A DNA stretch of 32,000 nucleotides from Nonlabens ponticola (lineage in GTDB: Bacteria > Bacteroidota > Bacteroidia > Flavobacteriales > Flavobacteriaceae): positions 330,001 through 362,000 of the forward strand of contig NZ_CP034549.1 in NCBI RefSeq assembly GCF_003966335.1, read 5' to 3'. The notes beneath the pieces are model-generated. The model worked only from the letters and a program-made list of their open reading frames with translations, did not search any database and was not told where the DNA came from. The translations under genes were made by a program, and so were the position numbers. Every line of letters begins with the position of its first letter. Within the stretch, counting starts at the first letter, position 1. Positions 8,243 through 17,245 of this stretch are shown here, piece by piece.

Positions 8243-11095
8243 ATGAAAAAAGTTATCCTTGCTGCCCTAGCACTTTCACTTATAGCCGTTTGCGCTTACA
8301 TGATCTACACTCCAGATGTAGAATTATCTGCCATGGAGTTAAAGCGTGAAAAACACAGAGAATTCATTGCAAATTCACCGTTCAGCGACTCAAAGGACCT
8401 TACAAAAGCTCAACGTAAAAGCATGAGCCTACCTCCTAATGCTTACAATGAGCGCATGTGGGAATTAACGATGAATCCAGAATTAGGATATCCAACACCG
8501 TATGTTGTGGATGCACAGCGTGCCGTAAATGCCTCGATTGCAAAGAGCACGCCTGGAAGTGAAGCCTCACCCTGGATAGAACGAGGACCGCTCAATGTAG
8601 GTGGTCGTACAAGAGTTGTTTTTTATGACCCAAATGATGTAGGAGCTAATAATGGTGACGGCACTGATTATAACCGTGTATTTGCTGGTGGTGTAGGCGG
8701 TGGACTATGGGTTAATGATAATATTGAAAGTGCCAATAGTCGATGGAATCAAGTTCCAGGTCTAGCGTCAAGTCTAAACATAAGCTGTTTTGCTATTGAC
8801 CCAACAGATAGTAATACTATCTATCTGGGTACTGGTGAACAATATACGGACGGTGCATCGATAGGAAATGGAGTATATAAGTCAACTGATGGTGGAGACA
8901 CTTGGGAACAAGTAAATATCCAACCTGCCTTTGATGAAGACCTGACTAACGGATCAGACATTTTCAAATCAGGAGTGTTTTTTGTCAATGATTTGATCGT
9001 TAGAGAAGTTGATGGTGGTACAGAGGTTTATGCTGGAATAGGCGCAGCATTCTATGGCGCACCTAACTTTAACTTTCAGAATCCTAGAAACTTTCTAGGA
9101 ACTCAAAATGCTGGACTATACCGCAGTACAGATGATGGCGATAGTTGGTCTAGAATTGAGGATGAAGACTTAGAATATGATTTTAATGGTTTGACTTTTT
9201 ATACAATACCCAACGACTTTGAGTTAAGTGCAGATAACACGCTTTACTTTGGAAGCATAGATGCAACTGGAGTCAATGTAGGTGGTGGTCGTATTTTTTC
9301 AAGCAGCGACGGTACTGATTGGACTGAATTATTTGAAATAGGCAGTGGTGATCGTGTTGAGATAAGCCCATCTGCAACTAATCCTAATAAATTCTACGTC
9401 CTTGCCCAAGTAGCTGGTCAGGCAAACATTTATTTGACCGAAAACGGATTTGCCACCTTAGATCAAATATCAGAGCCGGACGATGCAGACAACGGTATTC
9501 CTGCAAGCGATTTTACTCGTGGGCAGTCTTTCTATGATCTTGTGATAGAAACAGATCCAGAAGATGATGATCAGTTATATGTAGGTGGTATCAACATACA
9601 CCGTTCACGCGATGCTGGTGACAGCTGGGATCAAATTTCTAGATGGTCAAACAATCCCAATATGGACAATTTGAGTGTCCCATTTGTTCATGCAGATATT
9701 CATAGTATTGCCTTTAAGCCTGGTGATTCTAATGAAGGTGTGATTGGAAGTGATGGTGGTGTTTCCATTGTAGAATCATTTGCTAGGGCAACAAGATCTT
9801 CCGGAGCCATTGAAAACCGCAATTTAGGCTACAACGTTACTCAATTTTATTACGGTGATATCGCTGCCACAGACTTTGAAGATGGTGATGAATTCGTTGG
9901 TGGAACTCAAGATAATGGATCTCAGGTTTTCAATAATTCTAATGTAGCAGGTGGATTAAGCAACAGCTTTGATCCTATAGGTGGTGATGGCTCATTCTCT
10001 GCTGTTGATTCTGAAAGTGGTTACGTAGTTTTAGGTTTTACTAGTCGTAATCATTACTATTTTGATTATCCACTTAATCCTGATAGGGCTGGATTATTTG
10101 ATTATATCAATCGTGGCGAGGCATACACTATTTCAAGTGAGTCTGACGGTGATTTTATTAATGTAGGTGAGGTTGATCGTGCTTTTGATATTTTTTATTC
10201 TAATTCACGTGGCGGCAGCGGTGGCGGTGGCAGCACCACGATAACCGCATGTGAGCTGGGTGCCAACTCTGCTGACTGTAATGAAATCAATGTTCCCGCT
10301 GTAAGCGGCTCACGACCAACAGCTCTGACCGCATCTCCATTTGCGGCAGTTAATCCAGTTCTTTTTATTGGAACAGAAGATTCAAGAGTTTTAAGAGTTG
10401 ACAATACACTGGATGCAAACCCTGTTACAACAGATATTTCTGGAGATGACTTTTTAGGAAGTGCCTCTGATATACGCATAGGTGAAACCGAACTAGAAAT
10501 TTATGTCACCATGCATAATTACGGCATCAATAACATCTGGTATACTAACGACGGTGGACTTAATTGGTCTCAAAAAGATGGCGATTTACCAGACTTACCT
10601 GTAAAAGCTATTCTCCCAAACCCGCTTGTAGAAAACGAGGTGATTATAGGAACTGAAATGGGAATCTATGTAACTACAGACTTTGACAGCGATAGCCCTA
10701 CATGGACATTGACTGTAAACGGCATGAGTACAGTAAAAGTTCTCGATCTAGATCTAAGAGAAGCTGACAATACGATTCTAGCTACCACTCACGGTCGCGG
10801 ATTATTCACAGGGCAGTTTACCACAGCTGGAATAGGTAGCGCAAGCGCGCCAATCTCGCAGCTCAATGTTTATCCAACTCAAGTTACCAATGAGCTAAAC
10901 ATAGAAAGCTCTAAAAATTTCTCAAGTGCGACTATTAAAATATTTGACTTGAATGGTCACGAGGTAATGACACTTAACCGTGATTTAGGTAATGCTAATT
11001 CTAAAATCAACGTGGCTGGTTTAAGTTCTGGATTGTATCTCTTGCAGGCACAATCCCAAGGACTGAACGAAACCATCAAATTTGTAAAAGAATAG
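8243..11095 (+). CDS. Secreted BNR/Asp-box repeat (sortilin/VPS10-like beta-propeller) protein with a T9SS C-terminal sorting domain
   Basis: Asp-box motifs STDGGDTW, STDDGDSW, SSDGTDW, SRDAGDSW and TNDGGLNW. The C-terminal ~80 aa (NVYPTQVTNELNIE...GLYLLQAQSQG...IKFVKE) resemble a Por/T9SS type A tail. ATG at 8243 follows the TTG at 8240. Confidence 0.8.
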   Translation: MKKVILAALALSLIAVCAYMIYTPDVELSAMELKREKHREFIANSPFSDSKDLTKAQRKSMSLPPNAYNERMWELTMNPELGYPTPYVVDAQRAVNASIAKSTPGSEASPWIERGPLNVGGRTRVVFYDPNDVGANNGDGTDYNRVFAGGVGGGLWVNDNIESANSRWNQVPGLASSLNISCFAIDPTDSNTIYLGTGEQYTDGASIGNGVYKSTDGGDTWEQVNIQPAFDEDLTNGSDIFKSGVFFVNDLIVREVDGGTEVYAGIGAAFYGAPNFNFQNPRNFLGTQNAGLYRSTDDGDSWSRIEDEDLEYDFNGLTFYTIPNDFELSADNTLYFGSIDATGVNVGGGRIFSSSDGTDWTELFEIGSGDRVEISPSATNPNKFYVLAQVAGQANIYLTENGFATLDQISEPDDADNGIPASDFTRGQSFYDLVIETDPEDDDQLYVGGINIHRSRDAGDSWDQISRWSNNPNMDNLSVPFVHADIHSIAFKPGDSNEGVIGSDGGVSIVESFARATRSSGAIENRNLGYNVTQFYYGDIAATDFEDGDEFVGGTQDNGSQVFNNSNVAGGLSNSFDPIGGDGSFSAVDSESGYVVLGFTSRNHYYFDYPLNPDRAGLFDYINRGEAYTISSESDGDFINVGEVDRAFDIFYSNSRGGSGGGGSTTITACELGANSADCNEINVPAVSGSRPTALTASPFAAVNPVLFIGTEDSRVLRVDNTLDANPVTTDISGDDFLGSASDIRIGETELEIYVTMHNYGINNIWYTNDGGLNWSQKDGDLPDLPVKAILPNPLVENEVIIGTEMGIYVTTDFDSDSPTWTLTVNGMSTVKVLDLDLREADNTILATTHGRGLFTGQFTTAGIGSASAPISQLNVYPTQVTNELNIESSKNFSSATIKIFDLNGHEVMTLNRDLGNANSKINVAGLSSGLYLLQAQSQGLNETIKFVKE

Positions 11096-11098
11096 TTT

Positions 11099-12859
11099 TT
11101 ACAAACTTTCTATAAGTTTTAGCAAGGTCTCACGATCGATCCCTGCAATTTTATGCAAATCACTCGTGGGACCTTGTTCTATAAATGAATCTGGCAATCC
11201 TAGTTTGTGGATTTTTCCCGTATACGCTTTCGCGAAAGCATAATCACAAACAGCACTACCCAAACCACCTGCTTTAGTACCATCTTCCATCGTTATAACA
11301 TGATGGTGTTTATCAAATACCTCATCAAGCACAGTTGCATCCAGAGGTTTTAAAAATCGCATGTCTATATGGGTAACATTTAAATCTTCTGATTTGATCA
11401 ATTTCTGAACCATAACACCCAATGGTCCAATAGACAAAACAGCAATGTTCCTACCGTTAGAAAGCTGACGAGATGAACCTATCTCGATTTCTTTAAAATC
11501 CTGCTTCCATTCTATTATATGGCATCGACCACGCGGATAACGTATAGCGATAGGCAGTTCTAGACCTTTCTGTGCAGTAAACATCAGATTGCGTAAATCC
11601 ACAGCATCCATCGGTGCAGCGATAAGCAAATCTGGAATACAGTTTAAGTAGGCGAGATCAAAAGCACCATGATGCGTGGCACCATCTTGACCTACCAGTC
11701 CGGCGCGATCCAGGCAAAAAACTACGGGTAACTTTTGTAATGCTACATCGTGTATTACTTGGTCATAAGCTCGCTGTAAGAAAGTCGAATAAATGTTGCA
11801 AAAAGGAATTAATCCTTGTGTCGCCATACCAGCGGCAAGCGTCACCGCATGCTGCTCTGCAATGCCTACATCAAACGCTCGATCAGGATAGGTGTCCATC
11901 ATAATTTTCATGGAACTACCCGTAGGCATCGCAGGCGTGATTCCAATGATCTTATCATTTTGGTGGGCGAGCTCTAACAAAGTATGCCCAAATACATCCT
12001 GAAACTTAGGCGGTAATTCACTATCATCTCGCTGTGGTATATCACCAGTAACTTTATCAAATTTTCCAGGTGCGTGATAGCGCACTTGGTCGAGCTCTGC
12101 TTGTTTGAGGCCTTTACCTTTTGTAGTACGCACATGAAGTAATCGTGGCCCTTTCGAACTCTTCTGTCGCTTGAGTTCATTAATCAGTAATGGCAAGTCA
12201 TGTCCATCAATAGGACCAGAATAATCAAAATTGAGCGCTTCAAAAATATTATCGCGACCCGTTTCTTTACCAGATTTGGTTTTGGTGAGGTAATCCTTGA
12301 GCGCACCTACCGCAGGATCAATACCTATAGCATTATCGTTAAGTATAACTAGTAAATCAGCACCACTAACTCCAGCGTGATTCAAGGCTTCAAACGCCAT
12401 ACCGCTGGCGATACTGGCGTCGCCTATGACGGCGATATGTTTTCTAGCGTTGCTTTGTAAATTGCTGGCCATCGCCATACCCAAAGCTGCACTGATTGAT
12501 GTAGAACTATGACCTACGCCAAAAGTGTCATATTCACTTTCTGAACGTTTGGGAAAACCAGAGATACCATTTAACTCTCTATTGGTATGAAAAACATCAC
12601 GCCTACCCGTCAAAATCTTGTGACCATAAGCCTGGTGCCCTACGTCCCAAACCAGTAGATCATTTGGTGTGTCAAACACATAATGCAAGGCGATTGTCAA
12701 TTCAACCACACCTAAACTAGCGCCTAAATGACCTTCTTTAGTGGCTACAATATCAATAATGAACTCTCTTAATTCCTGTGCGATTTTGGGTAGTTCGCTT
12801 TCGCGAAAGCGTCTTAAATCCACAGGATCGTGAATGGTAGAAAGTAGGTCTCGTGCCAT
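11099..12859 (-). CDS. dxs: 1-deoxy-D-xylulose-5-phosphate synthase
   Basis: 586-aa ORF with Dxs hallmarks: GHLGASLGVVELTIALHYVF, WDVGHQAYGHKILTGRRD, GDASIASGMAFEALNHAG, IAEQHAVTLAAG, STFLQRAYDQVIHDVALQKLPV. Confidence 0.95.
   Translation of the reverse strand: MARDLLSTIHDPVDLRRFRESELPKIAQELREFIIDIVATKEGHLGASLGVVELTIALHYVFDTPNDLLVWDVGHQAYGHKILTGRRDVFHTNRELNGISGFPKRSESEYDTFGVGHSSTSISAALGMAMASNLQSNARKHIAVIGDASIASGMAFEALNHAGVSGADLLVILNDNAIGIDPAVGALKDYLTKTKSGKETGRDNIFEALNFDYSGPIDGHDLPLLINELKRQKSSKGPRLLHVRTTKGKGLKQAELDQVRYHAPGKFDKVTGDIPQRDDSELPPKFQDVFGHTLLELAHQNDKIIGITPAMPTGSSMKIMMDTYPDRAFDVGIAEQHAVTLAAGMATQGLIPFCNIYSTFLQRAYDQVIHDVALQKLPVVFCLDRAGLVGQDGATHHGAFDLAYLNCIPDLLIAAPMDAVDLRNLMFTAQKGLELPIAIRYPRGRCHIIEWKQDFKEIEIGSSRQLSNGRNIAVLSIGPLGVMVQKLIKSEDLNVTHIDMRFLKPLDATVLDEVFDKHHHVITMEDGTKAGGLGSAVCDYAFAKAYTGKIHKLGLPDSFIEQGPTSDLHKIAGIDRETLLKLIESL
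11226..11239. repeat. GCTTTCGCGAAAGC palindrome, perfect copy inside the dxs C-terminal region (read as AFAKA)
   Basis: Exact 14-mer, codon-aligned on the minus strand, giving YAFAKAY. Confidence 0.95.
12797..12810. repeat. GCTTTCGCGAAAGC palindrome, perfect copy inside the dxs N-terminal region (read as FRES)
   Basis: Exact 14-mer. Phase is cGC TTT CGC GAA AGC = RFRES. Confidence 0.95.
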
Positions 12860-12951
12860 GTGTCAAAGGTAGCTATTGAAGTGATGACTTAAGAGTTCAG
12901 AGTTATATGATAATATTATGAGGTATGTGAGTTTATTATAAGTTGAAATGA

Positions 12952-12963
12952 GTCCACGTGGAC
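12952..12963. promoter_or_regulatory. 12-bp perfect palindrome GTCCACGTGGAC in the dxs/tadA divergent spacer; possible regulator site
   Basis: Read directly. Lies 93 nt upstream of the dxs start codon. No known cognate factor. Confidence 0.2.
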
Positions 12964-13014
12964 CTAAAGACACTTCAAAATTATCTCAAGACCGTCATCC
13001 ATTTTTTATTCGTC

Positions 13015-13035
13015 AAGCTGAATTTAGTTCAGCTT
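13015..13035. repeat. REP-like intergenic hairpin (aagctgaa-N5-ttcagctt)
   Basis: 8-bp stem with a 5-nt loop. Context cgtcAAGCTGAAtttagTTCAGCTTctcat resembles the ..CTGAA-loop-TTCAG.. spacer hairpins common in Bacteroidota genomes. Confidence 0.5.
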
Positions 13036-13089
13036 CTCATGTTTGAATAATTTACTCAAGATTCTGAATATGCAACAGACATTCTTAAG

Positions 13090-13110
13090 ATTCTGAAATA
13101 AATTCAGAAT
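13090..13110. repeat. REP-like intergenic hairpin (attctgaa-N5-ttcagaat), second member
   Basis: 8-bp stem with a 5-nt loop followed by gac. aagattctgaa also occurs as a direct repeat at 13058-13068 and 13087-13097. Confidence 0.5.
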
Positions 13111-13178
13111 GACAAGTAAACTCGTGTGCGTTTGAGTTCAGTTTCAGTTTCCTTTTATTTTTCTTTTTACTTTTGAAA

Positions 13179-13628
13179 ATGTTAGAACCATTTGACGATA
13201 CCTATTTTATGCAGAAAGCTTTGCAAGAAGCTCAAAACGCCTTTGATCGTGGCGAGATTCCCGTAGGTGCCGTGATTGTGACTGACAACAGGATCATCGC
13301 TAAAGGCCACAATCTCACTGAAACACTGACTGACGTGACTGCACATGCAGAGATGCAAGCCATTACAGCTGGGTCAAGTTTTCTAGGCGGTAAATATCTA
13401 AAGGATTGTACGCTGTACGTGACACTTGAGCCGTGTCAAATGTGCGCTGGCGCATTATATTGGTCTCAAATCACTCGTGTTGTTTTTGGTGCGAGCGATG
13501 ATCATCGTGGTTATCGCAAGATGGGAACTCAATTGCATCCCAAAACTCAAGTCACCAAGGGCATCCTAGCAACGGAATGCAGCGATTTATTGAATCAATT
13601 TTTTGCGGCTAGACGCAGGCTCAATTGA
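13179..13628 (+). CDS. tadA: tRNA adenosine(34) deaminase
   Basis: CDA-fold zinc motifs HAEMQAI and PCQMCAGAL. Size ~150 aa. ATG at 13179 preferred over the TTG at 13173. Confidence 0.9.
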   Translation: MLEPFDDTYFMQKALQEAQNAFDRGEIPVGAVIVTDNRIIAKGHNLTETLTDVTAHAEMQAITAGSSFLGGKYLKDCTLYVTLEPCQMCAGALYWSQITRVVFGASDDHRGYRKMGTQLHPKTQVTKGILATECSDLLNQFFAARRRLN

Positions 13629-13884
13629 GCTTACTCACATCATCCCAGTCATCATCCTCATCTTCATCCTTTGATGGCGGATTCAGATTAAACTTTGATA
13701 AGTCCTTGTTCCTATATCGCACCACGATAAACGCAGGCATCAAAATCAAGAAGATAAAAGCTGTAGAAAAACCTATGAGTTTATTACCCAGCAACGCATC
13801 GCCCTGATTGATAAAATAAAAACCACCAGCAATTACTGCTAGTGCAGCAAATAGTAACAGTCCAATGATTTTGGTGGCGTTCAA
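13621..13884 (-). CDS. Small two-TM membrane protein with an acidic C-terminal tail (hypothetical)
   Basis: 87-aa ORF with two hydrophobic helices (IIGLLLFAALAVIAGGFYFI; LIGFSTAFIFLILMPAFIVV) and a DEDEDDDWDD tail. Begins 17 nt downstream of aspS on the same strand. The start would be TTG, so it is uncertain. Confidence 0.5.
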   Translation of the reverse strand: MNATKIIGLLLFAALAVIAGGFYFINQGDALLGNKLIGFSTAFIFLILMPAFIVVRYRNKDLSKFNLNPPSKDEDEDDDWDDVSKLN

Positions 13885-13901
13885 TGAAATATTATAAAGG
13901 A

Positions 13902-15665
13902 TTATTCTGTGCTCCCGTCTACAGTAACTTTCAAGTTCAATTCTTCCAATTGTTCTTGATCTAGAGCCGATGGTGCATCGATCATCACATCACGACCATT
14001 GTTGTTTTTAGGGAAAGCGATAAAGTCTCTAATCGTTTCTTGGCCGCCTAGAATGGAAACCAATCTATCAAAACCAAAAGCTAAACCTGCGTGTGGTGGC
14101 GCGCCATATTCAAACGCGTCCATCAGGAAACCGAATTGCGCTCGAGCCTCTTCTGGCGTGAATCCTAAATGATCAAACATCAAAGCCTGCAACTTCTTGT
14201 CAAAAATTCGTACAGAACCGCCGCCTATCTCGTTACCATTCAATACAAGGTCATAGGCATTTGCGCGCACGTTACCTGGATCTGATTCTAATCTGTCAAT
14301 ATCTTCTGGTTTAGGCGATGTAAATGGATGGTGCATCGCGTGATAGCGCTGCGTATCCTCATCCCATTCCAACAGTGGGAAATCCACAACCCATAATGGT
14401 GCAAATTCATCGGCTTTGCGCAGTCCTAATCGTTCTGCCATTTCCATGCGCAAGGCGCTCAATTGTGCTCTGGTTTTATTGGCTGGTCCAGATAATACCG
14501 CGATTAAATCACCTGCTTTAGCGCTGGTGGCGTCTGCCCATTTAGCAAGATCTTCCTGATCATAGAATTTATCAACGCTAGATTTAAACGTACCGTCCTC
14601 GTTACATTTCACATACACCATTCCCATCGCACCTACTTGCGGTCTCTTGACCCAGTCGATGAGTTTATCGATTTCCTTGCGAGTCATGCTTGCACCACCT
14701 TGTATAGCGATTCCCACGACTAGTTCTGCTTCATTAAAGATTTTGAAGTCTTTAGCTTTCGCGAAAGCGGAAATATCACCGAACTCCATACCAAATCGAA
14801 TGTCTGGTTTGTCATTACCATACTTTTCCATCGCTTGCGCGTATGTCATCCTTGGAAAGTCTGCAACATCAACATTTTTCACCTTCTTGAGCAGGTGGCG
14901 CGTCATTTCTTCAAAGATGTTGAGCACGTCTTCCTGCTCTACAAATGACATCTCGCAGTCTATTTGTGTGAACTCTGGCTGGCGATCTGCTCGAAGATCT
15001 TCATCACGGAAACACTTGACAATCTGGAAATACTTATCCAGACCACCTACCATCAACAATTGTTTAAAGGTTTGTGGCGATTGTGGCAAGGCATAAAACT
15101 GACCTTCATTCATTCTAGAAGGCACGACAAAATCCCGAGCACCTTCTGGTGTGGATTTGATCAAGACAGGTGTTTCTACCTCAACAAAGTCTTTACCCGC
15201 TAGAAAATTGCGTACTTCCATCGCCACTCGAGAACGGAAAATCAAGTTCTCACGCACTGGATTGCGACGTATATCTAGATAACGGTATTTCATGCGCAAT
15301 TCCTCGCCGCCGTCTGTCTTGTCTTCAATGGTAAAAGGTGGTGTCTTGGACTCACTCAAGATCTTGAGTTCCTTGACTAATATCTCGATATCGCCTGTAG
15401 GCATTTTGGGATTCTTGGACTCACGCTCAATCACCTGACCAGTGACTTGGATCACAAACTCACGACCTAGTTGCTGTGCTTTTTCAAGCATGACTTTATC
15501 AGTACGCTCCTCATCAAAAATAAGCTGCGTCACACCATATCGATCGCGCAGATCGACCCATACCATAAAACCTTTATCTCTGGTTTTTTGAACCCATCCA
15601 GCAAGTGTTACTTTTTTATTGATATCGGCGGCGCGCAGGCTACCACAATCGTGCGATCTGTACAT
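13902..15665 (-). CDS. aspS: Aspartate--tRNA ligase
   Basis: 587-aa ORF. OB-fold N-terminus ([26 protein letters not shown]). Class II motifs [27 protein letters not shown] and GGGSVRI...GLAFGFDRL. Confidence 0.95.
   Translation of the reverse strand: MYRSHDCGSLRAADINKKVTLAGWVQKTRDKGFMVWVDLRDRYGVTQLIFDEERTDKVMLEKAQQLGREFVIQVTGQVIERESKNPKMPTGDIEILVKELKILSESKTPPFTIEDKTDGGEELRMKYRYLDIRRNPVRENLIFRSRVAMEVRNFLAGKDFVEVETPVLIKSTPEGARDFVVPSRMNEGQFYALPQSPQTFKQLLMVGGLDKYFQIVKCFRDEDLRADRQPEFTQIDCEMSFVEQEDVLNIFEEMTRHLLKKVKNVDVADFPRMTYAQAMEKYGNDKPDIRFGMEFGDISAFAKAKDFKIFNEAELVVGIAIQGGASMTRKEIDKLIDWVKRPQVGAMGMVYVKCNEDGTFKSSVDKFYDQEDLAKWADATSAKAGDLIAVLSGPANKTRAQLSALRMEMAERLGLRKADEFAPLWVVDFPLLEWDEDTQRYHAMHHPFTSPKPEDIDRLESDPGNVRANAYDLVLNGNEIGGGSVRIFDKKLQALMFDHLGFTPEEARAQFGFLMDAFEYGAPPHAGLAFGFDRLVSILGGQETIRDFIAFPKNNNGRDVMIDAPSALDQEQLEELNLKVTVDGSTE
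14755..14768. repeat. GCTTTCGCGAAAGC palindrome, perfect copy inside aspS (read as AFAKA)
   Basis: Exact 14-mer, codon-aligned on the minus strand, giving SAFAKAKD. Confidence 0.95.
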
Positions 15666-15897
15666 GATAATAGTGTAAAAATAAGTTGCAAAAATAAACC
15701 GATTATGCGCACGACAAACTGATTCTCACGCTAATAATCACCGTTATCGTCTTAAAATGAGCCTTTTAACTTATTGATAAGATTACACCATACTTCTGAT
15801 TATTAGTTACTTAAGTCACTAATGTAAATTTAATGTTACCTAAATGTTTTATAATTAAATAATTTGAGTTAATTTTAAATCACTAAATGAAAGACCC

Positions 15898-16254
15898 ATG
15901 AAAAATATAATCGTTATTGCCGCTTTGATGATAGGTACCCTAGCCTATGCACAAGAGATCAAACCAAAATTTGAAAAAATGGATGATGGATTGCTCAAAG
16001 CAACCTATTTTCATGACAATGGCGAGATTGCTCAAGAGGGAACATTTCTAGACAAGCAACGTCATGGCGAGTGGATCAGTTATGATCAAGATGGAAAGAA
16101 AACTGCACAAGCGCAATACACCTTAAATCAGAAGACAGGCAAATGGTTCTTCTGGCACAATGACCTTCTTACTGAGGTCGACTATAATGGCGATCAAATA
16201 GTATCAGTCAACAAATGGGTAGATCAAGATGCTGTTGCCAGTAATAGGCCATAA
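15898..16254 (+). CDS. Secreted MORN-repeat-variant (YwqK-like) protein
   Basis: 118 aa. Signal peptide MKNIIVIAALMIGTLAYAQ. Repeats of the G.W..Y..G type (HGEWISYDQDGKK; TGKWFFWHND). Confidence 0.6.
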   Translation: MKNIIVIAALMIGTLAYAQEIKPKFEKMDDGLLKATYFHDNGEIAQEGTFLDKQRHGEWISYDQDGKKTAQAQYTLNQKTGKWFFWHNDLLTEVDYNGDQIVSVNKWVDQDAVASNRP

Positions 16255-16273
16255 TGCAAACCAATTAATATTG

Positions 16274-16302
16274 AAACCGCTGCCTATCGCAGCGGTTTTT
16301 TT
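16274..16302 (+). terminator. Rho-independent terminator after the MORN-like gene
   Basis: Stem aaaccgctgc(16274-16283)/gcagcggttt(16289-16298), a 5-nt loop, and a T-run extending to 16302. Confidence 0.8.
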
Positions 16303-16372
16303 ATGCTCAATACTGTCGGGAAACGCTGGAAATGACGACTTAATCTTAACAGAGTTTTGTTTCAACATTTAC

Positions 16373-16394
16373 ACGATCACATTAAACAGATCGT
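16373..16394. promoter_or_regulatory. Inverted repeat ACGATC-N10-GATCGT upstream of the TetR-like gene; candidate auto-operator overlapping a near-consensus -7 box (TACCTTTA, 16394-16401)
   Basis: Read directly. Ends 25 nt before the ATG at 16419. TetR regulators commonly bind palindromes in their own promoters. Confidence 0.25.
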
Positions 16395-16418
16395 ACCTTT
16401 ACATAAAGCATTGATATT

Positions 16419-17105
16419 ATGGCAACTGTTAAGAAAACAACCGCTAAAAAAGCAATTAAAAAGAAAAAAGAGATCACTCGTCAAGATGTGATTACCGCAT
16501 ACATGGAATATGTTCTTGAGCACGAGAAAACGCCTAAGAGCGTTTACAAATTTGCTAAGGAAAACAATATGACCGAGCAGGAATTCTATAATTTCTTCGG
16601 CAGTTTTGATGGATTGCGCAAGGATATCTGGAATACCTTCTTTACCATGACTATGGACGTGGCTCATAAAAATGAGGATTATGCACACTTCTCAAATCGC
16701 GAGAAGATGCTCACCTTTTTCTACACCTTCTTTGAATTATTGACGCTCAACCGCAGTTATGTGCTCTTTGCTCTACAGGAGAATCAGCACATGATGAACA
16801 AGATGAATGAGCTCAAAGGATTACGCAAGCACGTGAAAAACTTTGCGAAAGATCTTATCATGCAACGCAACGAGTCTAAGACCAATATCCTACTAGAACG
16901 TTCTGAAACAGTTTATAGCGAGGGCGCATGGGTACAGATGATCTTCCTACTCAAATTCTGGATGGACGACGACAGCGCTGGTTTTGAAAAGACTGATATG
17001 GCGATTGAGAAGTCAGTCAACACGATTTTTGATGTTTTCGACAATACGCCATTGGATTCTGTTTTTGATTTCGGCAAGTTCTTGTGGAAAGAGCGTATGT
17101 CGTAG
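16419..17105 (+). CDS. TetR/AcrR-family transcriptional regulator-like protein
   Basis: 228 aa. The N-terminal segment ITRQDVITAYMEYVLEHEKTPKSVYKFAKENNMTEQEFYNFFGSFDGLRKDIW fits a TetR HTH. The C-terminal part is an all-helical ligand-type domain. Confidence 0.65.
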   Translation: MATVKKTTAKKAIKKKKEITRQDVITAYMEYVLEHEKTPKSVYKFAKENNMTEQEFYNFFGSFDGLRKDIWNTFFTMTMDVAHKNEDYAHFSNREKMLTFFYTFFELLTLNRSYVLFALQENQHMMNKMNELKGLRKHVKNFAKDLIMQRNESKTNILLERSETVYSEGAWVQMIFLLKFWMDDDSAGFEKTDMAIEKSVNTIFDVFDNTPLDSVFDFGKFLWKERMS

Positions 17106-17176
17106 CAGTAAAATTCCAAACCTCAAATCACAAATCTCAAAAACTTGTGATGCGCAATTTGCATGATAATAGTTAC

Positions 17177-17190
17177 GCTTTCGCGAAAGC
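17177..17190. repeat. GCTTTCGCGAAAGC palindrome, perfect intergenic copy; shares 23 nt (ATAGTTACGCTTTCGCGAAAGCG) with the copy at 2549-2570
   Basis: Read directly. Lies between the TetR-like stop and the ABC1 kinase start. Confidence 0.95.
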
Positions 17191-17245
17191 GGAAACATCA
17201 AAAACTTGAATCCAAGAAATGTAATTCTGGATTCTATCGAAAAAC

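Noticed and set aside
11093-11101. Very tight convergent gene ends: BNR/dxs stops 3 nt apart; tadA and the small membrane ORF overlap at 13621-13628; the 22986 ORF and the DUF2461 gene overlap at 23954-23957
   Set aside because: This is common in compact bacterial genomes. No additional structure is visible, so it is not evidence of anything unusual.
12860-13178. TPP riboswitch or other leader RNA upstream of dxs
   Set aside because: No CTGAGA/ACCTGA-type THI-box elements appear on the dxs strand. The structured parts are better explained as REP-like hairpins.
15803-15822. 20-bp near-palindrome TTAGTTACTTAAGTCACTAA upstream of the MORN-like gene
   Set aside because: It has one mismatched pair in a very AT-rich spacer and no second copy in the window. 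That is too weak to call an operator.
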